Assembly: GCF_009834535.1 (NCBI RefSeq)
Contig: NC_045697.1
Coordinates: 88,290,001 to 88,354,000 of the forward strand
DNA: 64,000 nucleotides
Source: Camelus ferus
Lineage: Eukaryota
Direction of reading: 5' to 3'
Under the pieces are notes generated by a model. It did no database searches, had not been told where the DNA came from, and saw only the letters and a program-made list of their open reading frames with translations. The position numbers and the translations under genes are program-made. This document shows positions 12,964-27,203 of this stretch, piece by piece. The first letter of the stretch is position 1. Each line of letters opens with the position of its first letter.

Positions 12964-14929
12964 CCTTGTGAGAGGTAGTCTGTGAGGGACTTTTTGTACT
13001 GTGTATTCACTGTGCCATTCTGAGTAATGAGAGCTCTTGAAGGTTTAGAGGCAGGAGCATACCATGATCAGAGTGATGTTCTGAAAAGATGATTGGTGGT
13101 TACATGAAGGACAGACTGCAGAGGAGACAGACTGCAGGCTGGCTGAGGAGTCTGTGAGGTGCTCAGCCACCCTTTAAGAGAATGTATGGGCCATCAGTGT
13201 GCAGGGTTGGAGGAGGCACAGCACAGAGGAGAGGAGCACTGGTTCCAAGGGGTTATAGGAGACCAGATGAGGCCCAAACAAAGATGGTGGAAATAGGAGG
13301 GAAGAGAATAACAATGTCAGACATGAGGTGGAGTCAAACATGAGACCCATAGGTAACAACTGCCTGGGTGTGAGCGGTGAGGAGAAGCAAGGTGACTCTG
13401 GGATGTATTTCCTAACCCATGTTTTAACAGGCACTTTTTTTTTTTAAGTGCAGAGTTGGGCACTCTTATCACCAAATTTTATTTTTCAATTTTTTTTCAA
13501 AAACACTAGTTTATACAAAGTTATTTTATTTTTTCTTAAAGGACCTTTCAGAGACTTTAATATGATAATGTGCCTTATGATTGTCCAACAGAAAAGACTG
13601 ACATACAGCAATTTCTAAGCCTAGTATAACGTAAAAGTCAATCTTAGACATATTAATACAATTTAGAAACAAAATGCAATAACCTTACTTTGGGGTTTTA
13701 AACCTATGTACTTGGGAGAGTAAATTATCAAGTAGAAGCTCTCTTATTGATTCAACCAGGATGGATATCTGTTTTTTTAATAAAAATATTTGGGTTAATT
13801 ATTTAAAAATTTTAGTCACAAAACATTTTATTATAACTCAAAGTATGTAACAGTACATCCCTTGGCTAATTTCTTGAGGAAGGATGAAAGCCTTTCCTAT
13901 ACTGAGGACTCCCTGAGAGGACTCCACTCTCTCCTGAGTAAGCCACTCCCATACAGCATCATCTACAATGTCAAATTTCAGTTTCTTTAAGGTAGAATGG
14001 AAAACTCTACTTATTCACAGAGGAGTTACGAAGAGGACTGGTGGTTGGGTGGGGAGATTGATGTCTTTAGATTTGTATATACTGAATTTGCAGTGTTTTT
14101 AGAATATGTATACAGAGTTTTTGCAGGTATTTGGAAATGCATAAATTGCCTGTCCCTGTGAGAATTAATTATAGTTAAAAAATTTTTTGCATGTATACAT
14201 GAGTGTTTGTTGTTTCTTTATCTACCTAGTAAAATATGCTAATGAAGTTATTAAATTGTCACCAAATCTCCTAATATCACATGGTTCATTAACTTCTACC
14301 TTCACAATAAACGTTTTTTCAGACACAAGAGGTTTATAGTTAGATATAAAAACCACACATAGATACATTGGTTCTTGTCTCCACTAAGAATCACAAAGAA
14401 GCACAAACAGGTGCTACATTAGTGACAACACACATTTATTGTTGGAAACCAATCTACCTCACAATTACAAGATTCTGAAAAAAATTTAACAGAAGAGCCT
14501 TGGAACTCTATAGAAAAATATCTTGAAAATGATAATTTCTTCGGTAATGATAGCATACCGTTCTACTATACATCCCTTAAAAGTTTGACACCATTGCTAA
14601 GTAGTAGTATTATATTAGAAGTTTTCCCTAAAGGAAATTGAATTTTCCATTTCATTGGGACAAACCAGCTAGTTTTTCAAAATGATTTGTATCTCCTCTA
14701 ATGCTGATGATTTGTGTGAGTGGGTGTACGAGTTTGACTTCTTATTCTGATTGATAAAATGATGATGATACCAATGCTCACCTTTATTGTGAAACTTAAA
14801 TGGGTAGAAAATATAAAACATTCAAGCCAAGTTACAAGTTGAAATTGAGTTGAAATTTCATAATTTTAATATATAAAAATCCAAAAGATTCTTCTGTAAT
14901 AAAACCATGAAAATTAGAAATAAAACCAT

Positions 14930-17000
14930 GATAATTAGAAATAAAAAATTCTTTCAGCAGGATTATCAGCAGGCTGTACAGAGCATAAGAAAGAGTTAAT
15001 GAACTTGAAGATGGTTCAATAGAAATTACCAAAACTATAAACAAATGGGAAAAAATTAGTGAAAAATCTCCACAGAATAGAGGATCCAACTCTGAGATGA
15101 TATTAAATAGTCAAATATATATACATTTGAAGACTCTAAAGGAGACGAGAGCAAGAGGGCAGAACAAATATTTGAAGATAGGACAGCCAAGAATTTTCCA
15201 AAAGTAATGAAGAAAAACAAACCATACATGTAAAAAGCTCAGAAAGTTCCAAGCAGAGAAACAAGAAGGGAAAACACATTTGGAGACATTCTGGTTAAAC
15301 CACTAAAAATAATACATAAAAAGAAAATCTTGAAAGCAGCCAGAGGTCGCCAAGGGGATTAGTAGGTGAGGTCAGAGGAGGAATTAAATACAAACAAAGA
15401 ATGACAGTGTTGGTCTCACTAGAAACTTTCGAAGTCAGAGGACAATGGAGCAACATCTTTAAAGCCCTGAAAGAAAAATACCCACAGATTTATATACTCA
15501 GAAAAATAATCTTCAAAAATTAAATAAAAGTAAAATAATAACTTCTCAAACTAGCAAAAGGTGAAAGAAATCATTGCCAGAAGACACGGGCTCTAAGAAT
15601 TTTTAAAGGACTTCTTGATCAGAAGAGAGACGATAGTAGATGGGAAACTGGATCTGAAAACAGAGAAATGAAGAGGGCTAGAAATGGTAAAGAATAGTTA
15701 AATATAAAGGTTTGTTTTCTTATTTTTAAATCTTTAAAAGTAGTTGAGAGTCTAGAGCAAAAATATTAATAATACATTCTGGGGTTTATGTCATGTGAAG
15801 ATATAAAATATATGATAACATTAACACAAAATGTGGGAAAAAGAAAATGGAAATATATTATTATAATGTTGTTAAGCTATATGTAAAGTGTAATCTTATC
15901 TGAATGAATACAGTGATAAATTAGTGATGTATACAGTAGACCCTAGAGCAATCATTAAAAAATAAAATTTAGAGCTATAAACAATAGCCAATAGTTGGAA
16001 TAGCATGGAATTATAAAGTATTACTCCAAAATAAAAGAGGAAAAGAGAGAATAAAGGAACAAAGAACAAATGAGACAAACAAAAACAAACAGCAAGATGG
16101 TAGGCAAACTCAGTGACATCAACTATATTAAATGAAATGGTCAAATATTCTAATTGGAAGACAGGTTTTTTAATTGGATAAAAAGTAGGAAGGACCAACT
16201 ACATTCCATGTATAAGAAACTCACTTCAAATATGAAGAAATAAACAGGTTGAAAGGAAAAGGATGGAAAAGGATATACAGGAAAAAAGACTCATAAGAAA
16301 GTTTTAGTGGCTGCATTAGTATCAGACAAAAGAGACTTCAGGCTAAGGAATTGTGTCAAGGATAAAGGGGTACACTGAGTAATGATGAAGAGGTCAATTC
16401 ATCAAGGGGGCACAATGATTGTAAATTCATAAACAAAATCTGAAAGATCTGAAAGGAGAAAGGTAAATCTACAGTTACAATGAAAGATTTTTACTACTTC
16501 TCTTTACTCATTGATAGAACAAAGTAAATAAGAAAATGTAAGAGTGTGGAACAATACTTAGCCAACGTGGCACAATTGGCATATATATAATACTTCACCC
16601 AACAACAGTATAATTTTTTTCAATTGTACATGGAATATTACTAAGATTGATATATTCTGATCCATGAAACAAACCTCAACAAATTAAAAAAGATTGAAAT
16701 CATACAAAGTATGTTCTCTAATGCCAATGGAATAACCAAGAATCAATAATCAAAACATATCTTTCCAGAAAAAAACCTGAAAGTATACCCAAATATTTAG
16801 AAAACAAACAATGCATATCTTAATACACTTGGGTCAAAAAGAGAAACCACAGAATAATTAGAAGACATTTTTAACTGAATGCAAATGAAAACCAATATGC
16901 TATTTGTAGAATGTGGTTAAAGCCATGCTTAGAGGAAACTTCACAGCATTAAATTATTATATTAGGAAAGAAGAAAGATCTCAAATAATCTAATTCAAAT
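14930..17000 (+). mobile_element. Degenerate ancient L1 (ORF1 and ORF2 endonuclease region)
   Basis: A-rich sequence with GAACTTGAAGATGGTTCAATAGAAATT, AAAATCTTGAAAGCAGCCAGAG, GGTCAATTCATCAAG and GAAATCATACAAAGTATGTTCTC motifs. No intact ORF. Confidence 0.8.
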
Positions 17001-17129
17001 TTTTCCCATAATAACTAATTTTGACTTAATGGGCCACTACCCAACTGTATTTTTCTAGTGTGGAAACGGCCATAAATTATGTAAAATATAGGTGTTGGCT
17101 ATGTTCCTCCCTGCTGGAAGTAAAAGTTC

Positions 17130-17770
17130 TTTGTCAGCCTTTTTTAGTTTTAGCCATTCTCATGGATATATAGTTAAATCTCACAGTGACCACAAATTGT
17201 TTTCTCTTACCAACTAATGTTGAGCCTCTTTTCACAGGTTATATGCCATCTGTATATCCTCTTTAATGAAGTATTAAAGTATTATTTTGCCCATTTTTCA
17301 GTTAGGATGAATTAGGTTTTCTTTGCTATTGTGTAGTACAAGTTCTTTCTTTATTTTAGACACAAATGCCCATTTGACAAAAATACTGTTCTTTCACTGT
17401 TGAATTACTTTGGCATTTTGTTGAAAGTCAGTGGAAAGAATATGTGTAGATCTGTTCATGGACTCTTTTCTGTTCCATTGATGTACATTTTTATCTTTAT
17501 GTCAATACCATACTATCTTAATTACTTTTGTAGTAAATCCAATTTTTTTCTTTTTCAAAGCTGTTTTGAATACCTTAAGTTCTTTGTATTTCCGTGTAAA
17601 TTTTCAAATCACTTTGTTAATACCCACAAAAATAGTCTGCTGGACTCCTGATTGGTATTTCATAGACGATCTATAGGTAATTTGGAGAGAATTGACTTAA
17701 GACTATTGAGTCCTCTGATTCATGAAGACAATATATCACTTTTTCTCTCAGCAATGTTTTGAAGTTTTTA
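17130..17770 (-). mobile_element. Ancient L1 fragments in antisense orientation
   Basis: TTTTAGCCATTCT, TTTTGCCCATTTTT, TCTGTTCCATTG and ATTTGGAGAGAATTGAC motifs. Confidence 0.7.
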
Positions 17771-17779
17771 GTGTACATA

Positions 17780-20700
17780 AATGTAAAATGTAAAAAAACT
17801 ATATGAGCATTTAGAAAAAAGAGCAAAAATCTTCACAGTCTAGGGCTAAAATAGTTCTCAGATTTGACAGAAAAAGCACAATCCTTTATAAAAATTTGAT
17901 AAACTGGACTGTATTAAAATTTAAAACGTTTGCTTTGCAAAAGATTACATGACGAAAATTAAGACAAGCTACAACCTGTCAGAAAATATTTGTAAACCAT
18001 GTATCTGGCAAAGGACTAGTATCTAGACTATATAAAAAACTTTCAAAACTCTACATTAAAAAACAAAAAAATCCAATTGGAAAACAGGCAAACAATACAA
18101 ACCTTTGACTGAAGAGGATATATAGATGGCACGTGGACACGTGAAGAGGTGTTCGGCAGCATCAGTCATTAGGGAACTTCAAATTCAAACTACTACACAT
18201 TTATTACAATTTATCAGAATAGCTGAAATTAAAAGTGACAGCATCAAATGCTCATAAGGATGTGACGATATTGAAGCACTCATACGTAACTGATGAAAAT
18301 GTAAAATGATATGGTCAGTCTGGAGAAGTTTGGGTGTTTCTTATAAACTTAAATATGCAATTACCATGTGACCCAACAATTGCTGTTCTGGCATTTATCC
18401 TAGAGAAATGACACCTTACGTTCACACACAAACCTGTATACAGATATTGACAGCAGCTTAATTCATAACAGCTCAAAACTGGAAAGAGTCCACAGGTCCA
18501 TCAATGAATGGGGGAACAGTTAAACTGTGGTACGAACATACCATGGAAAATTATTTAGTAATACAAAGAAGAACAACTACCAATACACACAACTTGGATG
18601 AATCTCAAGGGAATTCTGTTGAGTGAAAACAGTCAATCCAAAAAGATTACATACTCTATGATTTTATTTATATAACAATTTTGAAATAGCAAAATTATGA
18701 AAATGGAGACTAGATTAGCGATTGCCAGGAGTTAGGAATAGAGGGGCTGGATAGGAAGCAGGTGAGTGTAGTTATAAGAGACCCTTGTAGTCATGGACCT
18801 GTTCTGTAATTTGACTGCTGTGTTGGATACAGGAAACTATGTGTGTGATAAAATTGAACAGAACTAAATGTGTGTGCACGCGCACACACACATACACACA
18901 AATGAATACAAGAAAAATTGGGGAAATCTAACAAGTACAAGTGAAAGTAGGTAAACTGGAGTAAGGTGGTGGATTGTACCAGTGATAATATACTGCCTGT
19001 GATATTGCTCTATAGTTTTGCAAGATGCTGCCATAGGAGGAAATTAGAAAAAGTGTTCATAGGATATTTGTTATTTCTTACAGCTGCATATAAACCTACA
19101 ATTATTGAAACAACTTTCAATTAAAAAGGCTGACAATATCAAGTGTGGGTGAAAATGTGGAGAACCTAGAAATCTAATTAGTTGTTGGTGAGAATACAAA
19201 ATGGCACAGCCACCTTTTAAAGTGTTTCATTGGATTCTTATACATGTAAAGGTACACTTATATTGGCAACCCAGCAATCCCACTCCTAGGCATTTACTCA
19301 AGACAAATGAAGTCATATGGTGACACAAATGTCTAAACGCAAATGCTCATAAAAGCATTATTCACAATAGCCAACAACTGGAAACAACTCAAATGTCTAC
19401 CAACTTGTGAAAGGATAAACAAATTGTGGTGTAGCCCTACCGTGGAATAGCGACTACAACTCAGCAATAAAACCTGTGCTGCTCATACGTGCTGCAGTGT
19501 GGATGAGTCTCAAAACCATTAGGCTAAGTGAAATAAGCCAGGCACAATCGCACCTACGTGACTAATATTATATTTTCAAAGGCACTTTTTGAGGTGATGG
19601 AAATATTCTATACCTCAAGTATGGTGATGTTTATATTGTATACACTTGTCAAAACTGTTCAGATCATCCTTTAAAAGGATGAATTTTATTGTATGTAAGT
19701 TATACTTCACTTGAAAAAATTAGCAAGACTTTTGAATACATGATCAATATACTGAAATAAACTATTTCTACATACACCAACAAATAGGAAATAAAAGAAA
19801 AATACCATTTACAACAGCATCAATAAACAACAAATTACCTAGGGATATATCTGATAAATGCACATACCTCTGTACAGTAAACTAAGAAACATTACTGAAA
19901 GTAAAGCTATAAACCAATGACAAATATAACAGCTACATTGATTGGTAGACTAAATGCAGAAACAAATCAATTCACCCAACGCCAAATTGATCTGCAAATT
20001 CAATACAATCTCAACCAAAATGTCAGCAAGTTTATTCTTTTTAATGAAAATTGAGAAGCTGATTTTAAAAGTTCTATGGAAATGCAGAATGTTTAGAAGA
20101 GCCAAGGCAGTCTTGAAGAAAAATGTGAGTCACACACTACTAGATATTAAAACTTATTATAAAGCCACAGTAATTAAGTGAGTCTGATATTGGCTCAAGA
20201 ATGGATGAAAAGATCCACCCATATAAGAATACCTGACTTACGACAAAGTGATAGTAAATTACACTGAGAAATAGATAATGCTAGATTAATTTGATAACTA
20301 ATCAAGGTAATACAATAAACCTATTCTAAGGAAACATAGGAGACTATCGTCATGACCTGGGACAGGCAAATATACAACAGGACACAAAAAAGCAGAAGTA
20401 CTAAAAATAATAGATTAACTAAGAATCTCTACCAAAAAATGCCATTATGGGAGTGAAAAGCAAAGCACAGAATCAGAGAAGATATTTACATTGTATATAT
20501 TATAAAAAGAATTTATATCCAAAATATAAAAGAATTTCTATGAACCAGGAAACCCAAGGGGTAAAAAGGGCAAATTTCTTCACATGATAGCTTATACAAA
20601 TAGATGAAAATTACATGAAAAAGTATAATTCCTTTAGTCATGTGGGAAATGTAAATTCAAATCTCAATGCAAGACTATTATACAATTAAACAAAATAACC

Positions 20701-21390
20701 AAAAAGAAAAAAGAAGAAAATTAAATAATACCAAGTGCTGACAAAGATGTAGGGAAACAAGACTTCTGTATATGGCTGGGGTGAGTAGAAATGGACACAG
20801 TCACCTGGGAAAACTGTTTGACATTATCTATGAAAGCTAATCATACACATATCCTAAGACCCAGTAATTTCACTCAAATCATTACAAAGAAATACATACA
20901 TATGGACACCAAAAATATGCACAAAATGTTACTCCTTGTAGAATTTTTAATAAAAACAATCCAAATACCCATTAGTAGTCAAATGGATTTTTTAAAGTAT
21001 GCTAGATTTACACAATGGAGTATTATACAATTTAAAAACTAAACAATACAATATAGCAATGAAAAGGGACAAACCACTGTTATACACACAGTGTGGATGA
21101 ATTTCACAAACATGTTAAGGGAAAAAAACTAGCAGAAAAAGAACACAGTCATTCCATTTATATGAAGTTTAAGAAAATAGTTGATATAATTTATGGTGAT
21201 TACAGTCAGAATAGTGGTTTTCTTTGTTGTGGGTAATGTCTGGGAAGTGACAATGGAGGTTTCTGAGAGTAAGATTAAGGCCTGCATCTTGATGAGGGTG
21301 ATGGTTAAACAGGTATGTTCATTTATTAAAAAATGTATAGGACAGGAACTTAGGATTTGTGTATTTTCCTGTATGTGTAATTCAACATAA
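17780..21390 (+). mobile_element. Cluster of ancient L1M (L1MC/L1ME-like) 3' regions
   Basis: At least three successive L1 3' ends (GACCCAACAATT / CCCAGCAATCCCACTCCTAGG / GACCCAGTAATTTCACTC; TGGATGAATCTC). ORF 19954-20181 resembles degenerate ORF2 (KTYYKATVIK). Confidence 0.8.
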
Positions 21391-22121
21391 GTTTACAAAT
21401 AGAATGGGAGTTAACAGACCCATTAAAAATGTAGCGTCAGTTCTTGGGGGACATACCTTTCTATCAATTTCCACACATGTAGACCAAGAATAAGTAAAAG
21501 CTAGAAGTACACAGGGGGCTTTTTCTAAACTTTAAAAATATGTTTCTTTTAAGGATATGGTTCTTAGAATTTAGCTAAATTTTGCCAGTGTGGTAATGAC
21601 AGTTTGTATTTAAGAGCATTAATCTAAATATGTAGTAAATTTCAAATGACTCCATTTTAATATTGGGTAACTGTACTTTTACTGTAATAGCAAGGCAGGC
21701 AAGCAGAGATTGCATCTTAAAGATAAGATTAGTGCATATACTGCATTATAAAACTTTCCTAGAAATTCAGGAATCTAAGTCTTTGGTGTCTATTCCACTA
21801 TTATTGTTTGGAATCCTTCCAACTGCTAGGGCAAAGGAGTGAAAACAGTAGTTGCTGCCAGTTCTCCAGCATATTTCCTTGGACCACCAACTAGAAAATT
21901 TCATGTAAGTTTATTTAGTCAATCAGTCTGTTTAAAAATTCTTCTATGTACATCACTCATTTGTGTTTAAACCTTGTTATTAAAACTTTAGAGTAAAAAA
22001 ATTTTTTAATGCAACAAATTTATAAAGAATGCAAGTAGGTAATTACTACAGAATCCCGGGATTATCATAAAATCATCCAACAGAACTTGCCTTGCTGGCC
22101 TTTTTAGAAACCTCTTTGGAG

Positions 22122-22143
22122 CACACACACACACACACACACA
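22122..22143. repeat. (CA)n microsatellite
   Basis: About 11 CA units directly visible. Confidence 0.95.
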
Positions 22144-22199
22144 AATGATACTGTGTTCTGGTAGGGGAAACAGAAAGACATGAAGAAGTGACTTGTTTA

Positions 22200-25100
22200 C
22201 TGAGTGAAGAATACATAGAAATTTATTTAGAACATGAATGCCCTGTTTGCAATAAAATCCCAAAATATCAAATGCGCCATAGTATTCTGATGCTCAAGGA
22301 GCACACATGCACACAATTTACTGGGTTACTGCAATTTCAGAAGACATGAAACTTCACATGTTATGTTATTGGTGGTGGTGGGGAGAATATTATGTCTTTA
22401 CAGAAGCTTTAGGACGATACAAAGGGTAGATTTTTTTTGTTGTTTTTCTACCTTCCTTTGAAACTTTATATCTCATTTTTTTTTCTGTGTAACATATTTT
22501 CAAAATCATTTGCTCAATATTTACTTAAGTTAATAACTTAAAACAACTAACAGTTGTTTTTAGTGTAAGCATGTCATGCATGTTCTATTCGCTCAAAGAT
22601 GAAATTAAAACAAGATATCCTCTGTAAAGCAAATATATTTATTATGCACTTTCATATACATAGGGATTTTTGCTTAATATAATACAAGGAATAAAATAAA
22701 ACTTTTACAATGTGAAATTCAATGTACATTTTAGGCTATTTACATACCTCAAACCAAGGGAAAATTTTTAAAAAAAGCATTTGTAACTACATTTGCAGAG
22801 AAGTGTAAATGGAGGACACTAAGCAAAACAAACATTTGCATAGCCAAACAATATTGAGAAAAATATTTACTCCTGTTTTTTAAGCAGTGAACTACTTTTG
22901 GTGAGGATTCCGGTCAGCATGGGGGTGAGGGTGAGGGACATAACTGGCTGTACTTTGCAGTACACACTGCGTCCTGGTCAGTCTTCCTTCCAAAACCTCT
23001 CCTACAAACATAGACATTTTTATCTTTCATTACTGTATTTTTTATCACTTCCCTTATTATCAACTCATGACTTTTAGGGAATGAGCGCAGATGGAATGGT
23101 ATAAAAACGTTATAAGCAGATGGCATCACAGTCGTGTAGTGGCATCAGGTGATTTACAAAATTTAAACATTTTTATTTTAAAAATAGCTATTGAGGAGCT
23201 TTATAGTTGCGGGACTATTTTTACTCTTCTTAATGGGGCAGAAGCCATTTTCAGTCATGGTATTAAATAAATCCCCACCGAAACCAGTAAGAAAAGCAGG
23301 GCATCTTCAGCTCCCCCTTATCATCCTTACCCGAACTGAAAGCCACTGCTATTCTACTCCGAAGCTTAATTAATATAAAAACATCCAAAGGAATACTTAC
23401 TTTTGAAAGTCATATTTTCCCAACAGTTTCTCTTCCTACAGCTGTTTCAAGTGTATATAGAATGGTTATGAAAACATTTAGCTCTTCAAAAAACATAAAT
23501 CCCTCATGTAATGAGTCATATCTTTGCCCTTTGGCCACAAGGTGCACTTTTGTAAAAACAATAAAATTAAATAAATACAATTCCAATAATTCAAAGTTTA
23601 ATAGAAAAACCGGCACTTACAGGATTCTCTTTCTAAAGAAAAATACACCTACTAAGAAATTAGAGCTTCATCTTCTAGAATTATGTAAATGCACTGTGTT
23701 TGAGATATGACCAAAGTTGGTTCTAATAATAGTATGCGTTCATATTTATTAACAGAATCATTAACACTTTTAAGGCTACTTTGCAAGAGTCCTATTAAGT
23801 GTATTTAATAAATGTCCCATGGGGACAAAAGTTCAATACTTGAAACATTCACATTCGAGTTATAAATATTGCCATGTCACCTTAATATTGATTGAACTTA
23901 CCAACTTATCTCCTATTCCTGATTATAACTTACTGATGACATAAACACATGTGCTTTGCTGACTTAAAAAAACAGAAGCAAAATAAAAGCCTTACACAAA
24001 GATCAAGTGAAACATTTATCACAATCAATTACACATTTCTATTTCCGTGAACAATGCAACACATGTGTCCTTCATACATGAAGATGACATTACTGACCTC
24101 TGTTACTAAGACATCTTCTAAAGATTTTTTCCAGTAGTAGCAATGGTTTTGTGCTGAATCTCCAAATTCTCTTTCCTTATTCCTCCTTATCAACAGCACA
24201 TGGAAAGAATAAAATGTGGGTTTTGTAAGATCCCAGGCTTTTTCATAGATCAAACCTACAAACCTTGGTTTCTGAACAATACATTCTAACCTTTCCAGAC
24301 ACGCACATAACCCATCTAAGCTAGCTCAACTGGTTTAGAATCCATCCTGGAGGCTAAGGCTGTGGTCACATGCTCATTTGAGCAATCAAGTTTGTTTTTC
24401 TTGGTTACATCCATTATTCTGGAAGCAACTGTCCAAAGAGGAAAACAGGAAAGAGTATGTGGACAGAAAAGTGCAAATCTATTACTAATATTTATCAAAT
24501 AGCAATAAAAAAATACACCTGTGCTCTGACTGAAAGGTTAGTGCTGTCATCTGTGAAGAGAACACATATTCACCAAGAATATTCATCCAACGAATCACTA
24601 AAATTAATCCAACTGATTTTGGGTGGGGGCTATTTTGGTCATGCAGTGATTTACAAAACACAGAGAAGCCAGCATTAAAATTTAGAGTGACAAATTATAT
24701 TTTATTTAACTGAATGGAAGAGGTAAGAGTAGTCAATGAATTGTTCAGGGATCAGAAATCTACCCTCAGATCGACAGGTGCATCTCCCGCTACACACATG
24801 TGCCACTGAGGCCTGGCTTTGTCCCTGAGAATTTTCATGCCTCAGGAATGATCATCTGTCTTCTTGGAGGTGGAATGACAAGTGAGTGGAAGGTGAAATT
24901 GCATCCTAGCGAATGAAACAGAACTTTGTTCTGCCTACAGTCTGTTTGTGTGAATTTTTTTTCTTTTCTTTCTTTCTTTTGAAACTTTAGCTGAAGATTA
25001 GGAGGATGCTACTGGGAAATCCAAATTTAAACTACTTAGAGCAGCTCCCTAAAATACTACACTTTAAAAAAGTCTTTCACAAAACCATTTTTTTTTCATC

Positions 25101-25663
25101 TCAGTGTGGCATTAAATAGAAACACAGTTTGTAACCAATGCTGAAGATGTAGTGAACATAAAATAGTTGTATGATTTATTTTATTGAATGACATTTTTAA
25201 GGATACAGGAAACAAGCCATACACTACAACAAGGCAAATGTGACTGAAACACTATGCTTAAGTTTCGTTTGCCACAGAAAGAAAAAAATAAATACAAGGA
25301 ACACTGCCTTTTCATATATATTTGATCATGGCACATGCACATTTATCAAATCTTAACTTAAAATGCTTTACTCAAAATTTTTCAGCTTTTAGAGGAACTG
25401 CAGTATATATCTGCATTGAAAAAAAAGTGCTTATTCTTGGGTAGTGAATATAAAGCACACAAAATGAAATTTGTTAAGCACAGAGGGTTACATTGAGAAG
25501 GCAGCCTTACTATTTAGGCACATTACAGTAATTAAGGTAACTGTACTGCAGATATCACATTCTTCATTTTTTTTTCCAGCAAATCAACAGGCATTTGATG
25601 TTTTCATCCAGTAGCTGAAGAATCACTCCAATCACAATGTCTTCTGTTTCACAGAACAGGAAA
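22200..25663 (-). other. ANKRD50: ANKRD50 exon 5 (3' UTR only, ~3.45 kb)
   Basis: Donor TAA GAG|GTAAGG at 27201/27200. Acceptor TTTTTTTTTTAACTTTTGCATTAG|TTTCC at 25664/25663. Repeat-free, AU-rich sequence ending near AATAAA at 22227-22222. Confidence 0.75.
22222..22227 (-). terminator. Probable distal polyadenylation signal AATAAA of ANKRD50
   Basis: tttatt on + strand, followed on the mRNA strand by U/GU-rich sequence including (TG)n at ~22143-22122. Other AATAAA candidates at 22638-22643, 24701-24706 and 25175-25185. Confidence 0.6.
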
Positions 25664-26804
25664 CTAATGCAAAAGTTAAAAAAAAAATTAATTTCTACAC
25701 TACACTTATTATATAACTACACATACTTTTAAAACCCTACATAATATATATATTTACTATGTAAAGCACAAAAGAATACCCATTAGCGATTCATTATTTA
25801 ATGTATAAATCACTTTTAAAGATTCCACAAAGTGTTTACCCTTATTCATCTGTGTTAATTATTAATATTGATCTACACTTAACCTTCATGAAAGCTTTCA
25901 CGAGAGTTGGAGAGTTGAACGATGAGTTGGAGAGTTGAGAGATGAACTAAATATTTTTAAAATAAACGATATTGGAGAATGAATTAACTTTTATACAAAT
26001 TAATTTTGAATGATAGTTGACCAGTCCATAAATTCACATGGAAGGGTGTTTATTATTAGAAAGTATAGGAAGTTTACTTATAATAATGTTTTACTTAAAT
26101 AAAACATCCTTAAAATAAAACTCCAAAAATGAAAAAAAAAAAAAGCACAAGAAAGAGATTTCAGTTTGCTCAAGGAAAGAACACAATTTTGTTAGAGGAT
26201 GAAAAATGATTGAGCAAAGTGGGATAAATACACCTGGAGTAGAAGCCAGCACAAATTCCTAATGAAGTCTTTGAAATTTGTCTCTAATATGAGATGTGTA
26301 CTTTTGAAAAAGTATCCATAACATAAAATTATGTGTCTATTTTCCCATTAACTTCCTCTTTATTATAATTAGTGATGCGTCCATTGTGGTGGAAAGGAGA
26401 AAAAATGTTTTTTATTTAATAAATGTAACTTTATTTTGAGGTTTAAACATTTAATTCTTATGTCTAAATACACTGGGCTCTAAATACCCTCTTTCCAAGA
26501 TATCCATTTATCATCTTTCTACACCTATTCTTGGTATGTGTAAATTTTACCCAGAAGATTCTTAAGACATCTTTCACAATAAAAATTACATTTTGCTGAT
26601 TAATTTTTTTATTTCTCCCAGGGTGAATAAAGGAAGGACATGAACCTTCATTACCCACCTACCTAGGCACTACATACACAATTTTATTCAAACCCAAAAG
26701 GGAGTATTACAGACATGGCCCCCGCTTGTTACCATCAAAGAACCTTTAAGAGGCGAAATGACTGTATAGGAAGGAATTCTTAATCTGAGACCCACAAATA
26801 GTAT

Positions 26805-27165
26805 ATTCATTCACTCACTCATTCGTTCACTTACTCAACACATTTTTACTGAGAAACTACTGTCAGTCCCAGGACATGGAATTCAAAAGAGAAAAATCCC
26901 GACCCTCACAAAGACTACATTTTAGTTGGGAGGAGACAAATAATGAACATAGTAATAAATAAAACGTATAAAGTGTGTGAAATAGTAAGTACTGCGCCGA
27001 TGTCAGCAGGAAAGGGGGAAAGCGAGTGCCGGAGGCGGGAGAATTCAAACTGGAAAGAGTGAGGAGGGAGGCTCTTGCTGAGAAGACGACACAAATAGTG
27101 ACGAGGTGAGGGAACTGGCCCTGGGAATTAGGGAAGGGAGTATTCTAAGGAGAGGGAACTGTGCT
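26805..27165 (-). mobile_element. L2 3' fragment within the 3'-UTR intron
   Basis: (ATTC)n CAACACATTTTTACTGAG..CTAC followed by CCCTCAC...TACATTTTAGTTGGGAGGAGACA. Confidence 0.6.
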
Positions 27166-27203
27166 TTTGATATTTATCCTTTATGTTGATGAAACCTTAC
27201 CTC

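Noticed and set aside
1..22000. Possible second gene or processed pseudogene downstream of ANKRD50
   Set aside because: Only short ORFs with random or repeat-like composition and no coherent splice pattern. A lncRNA cannot be excluded from sequence alone.
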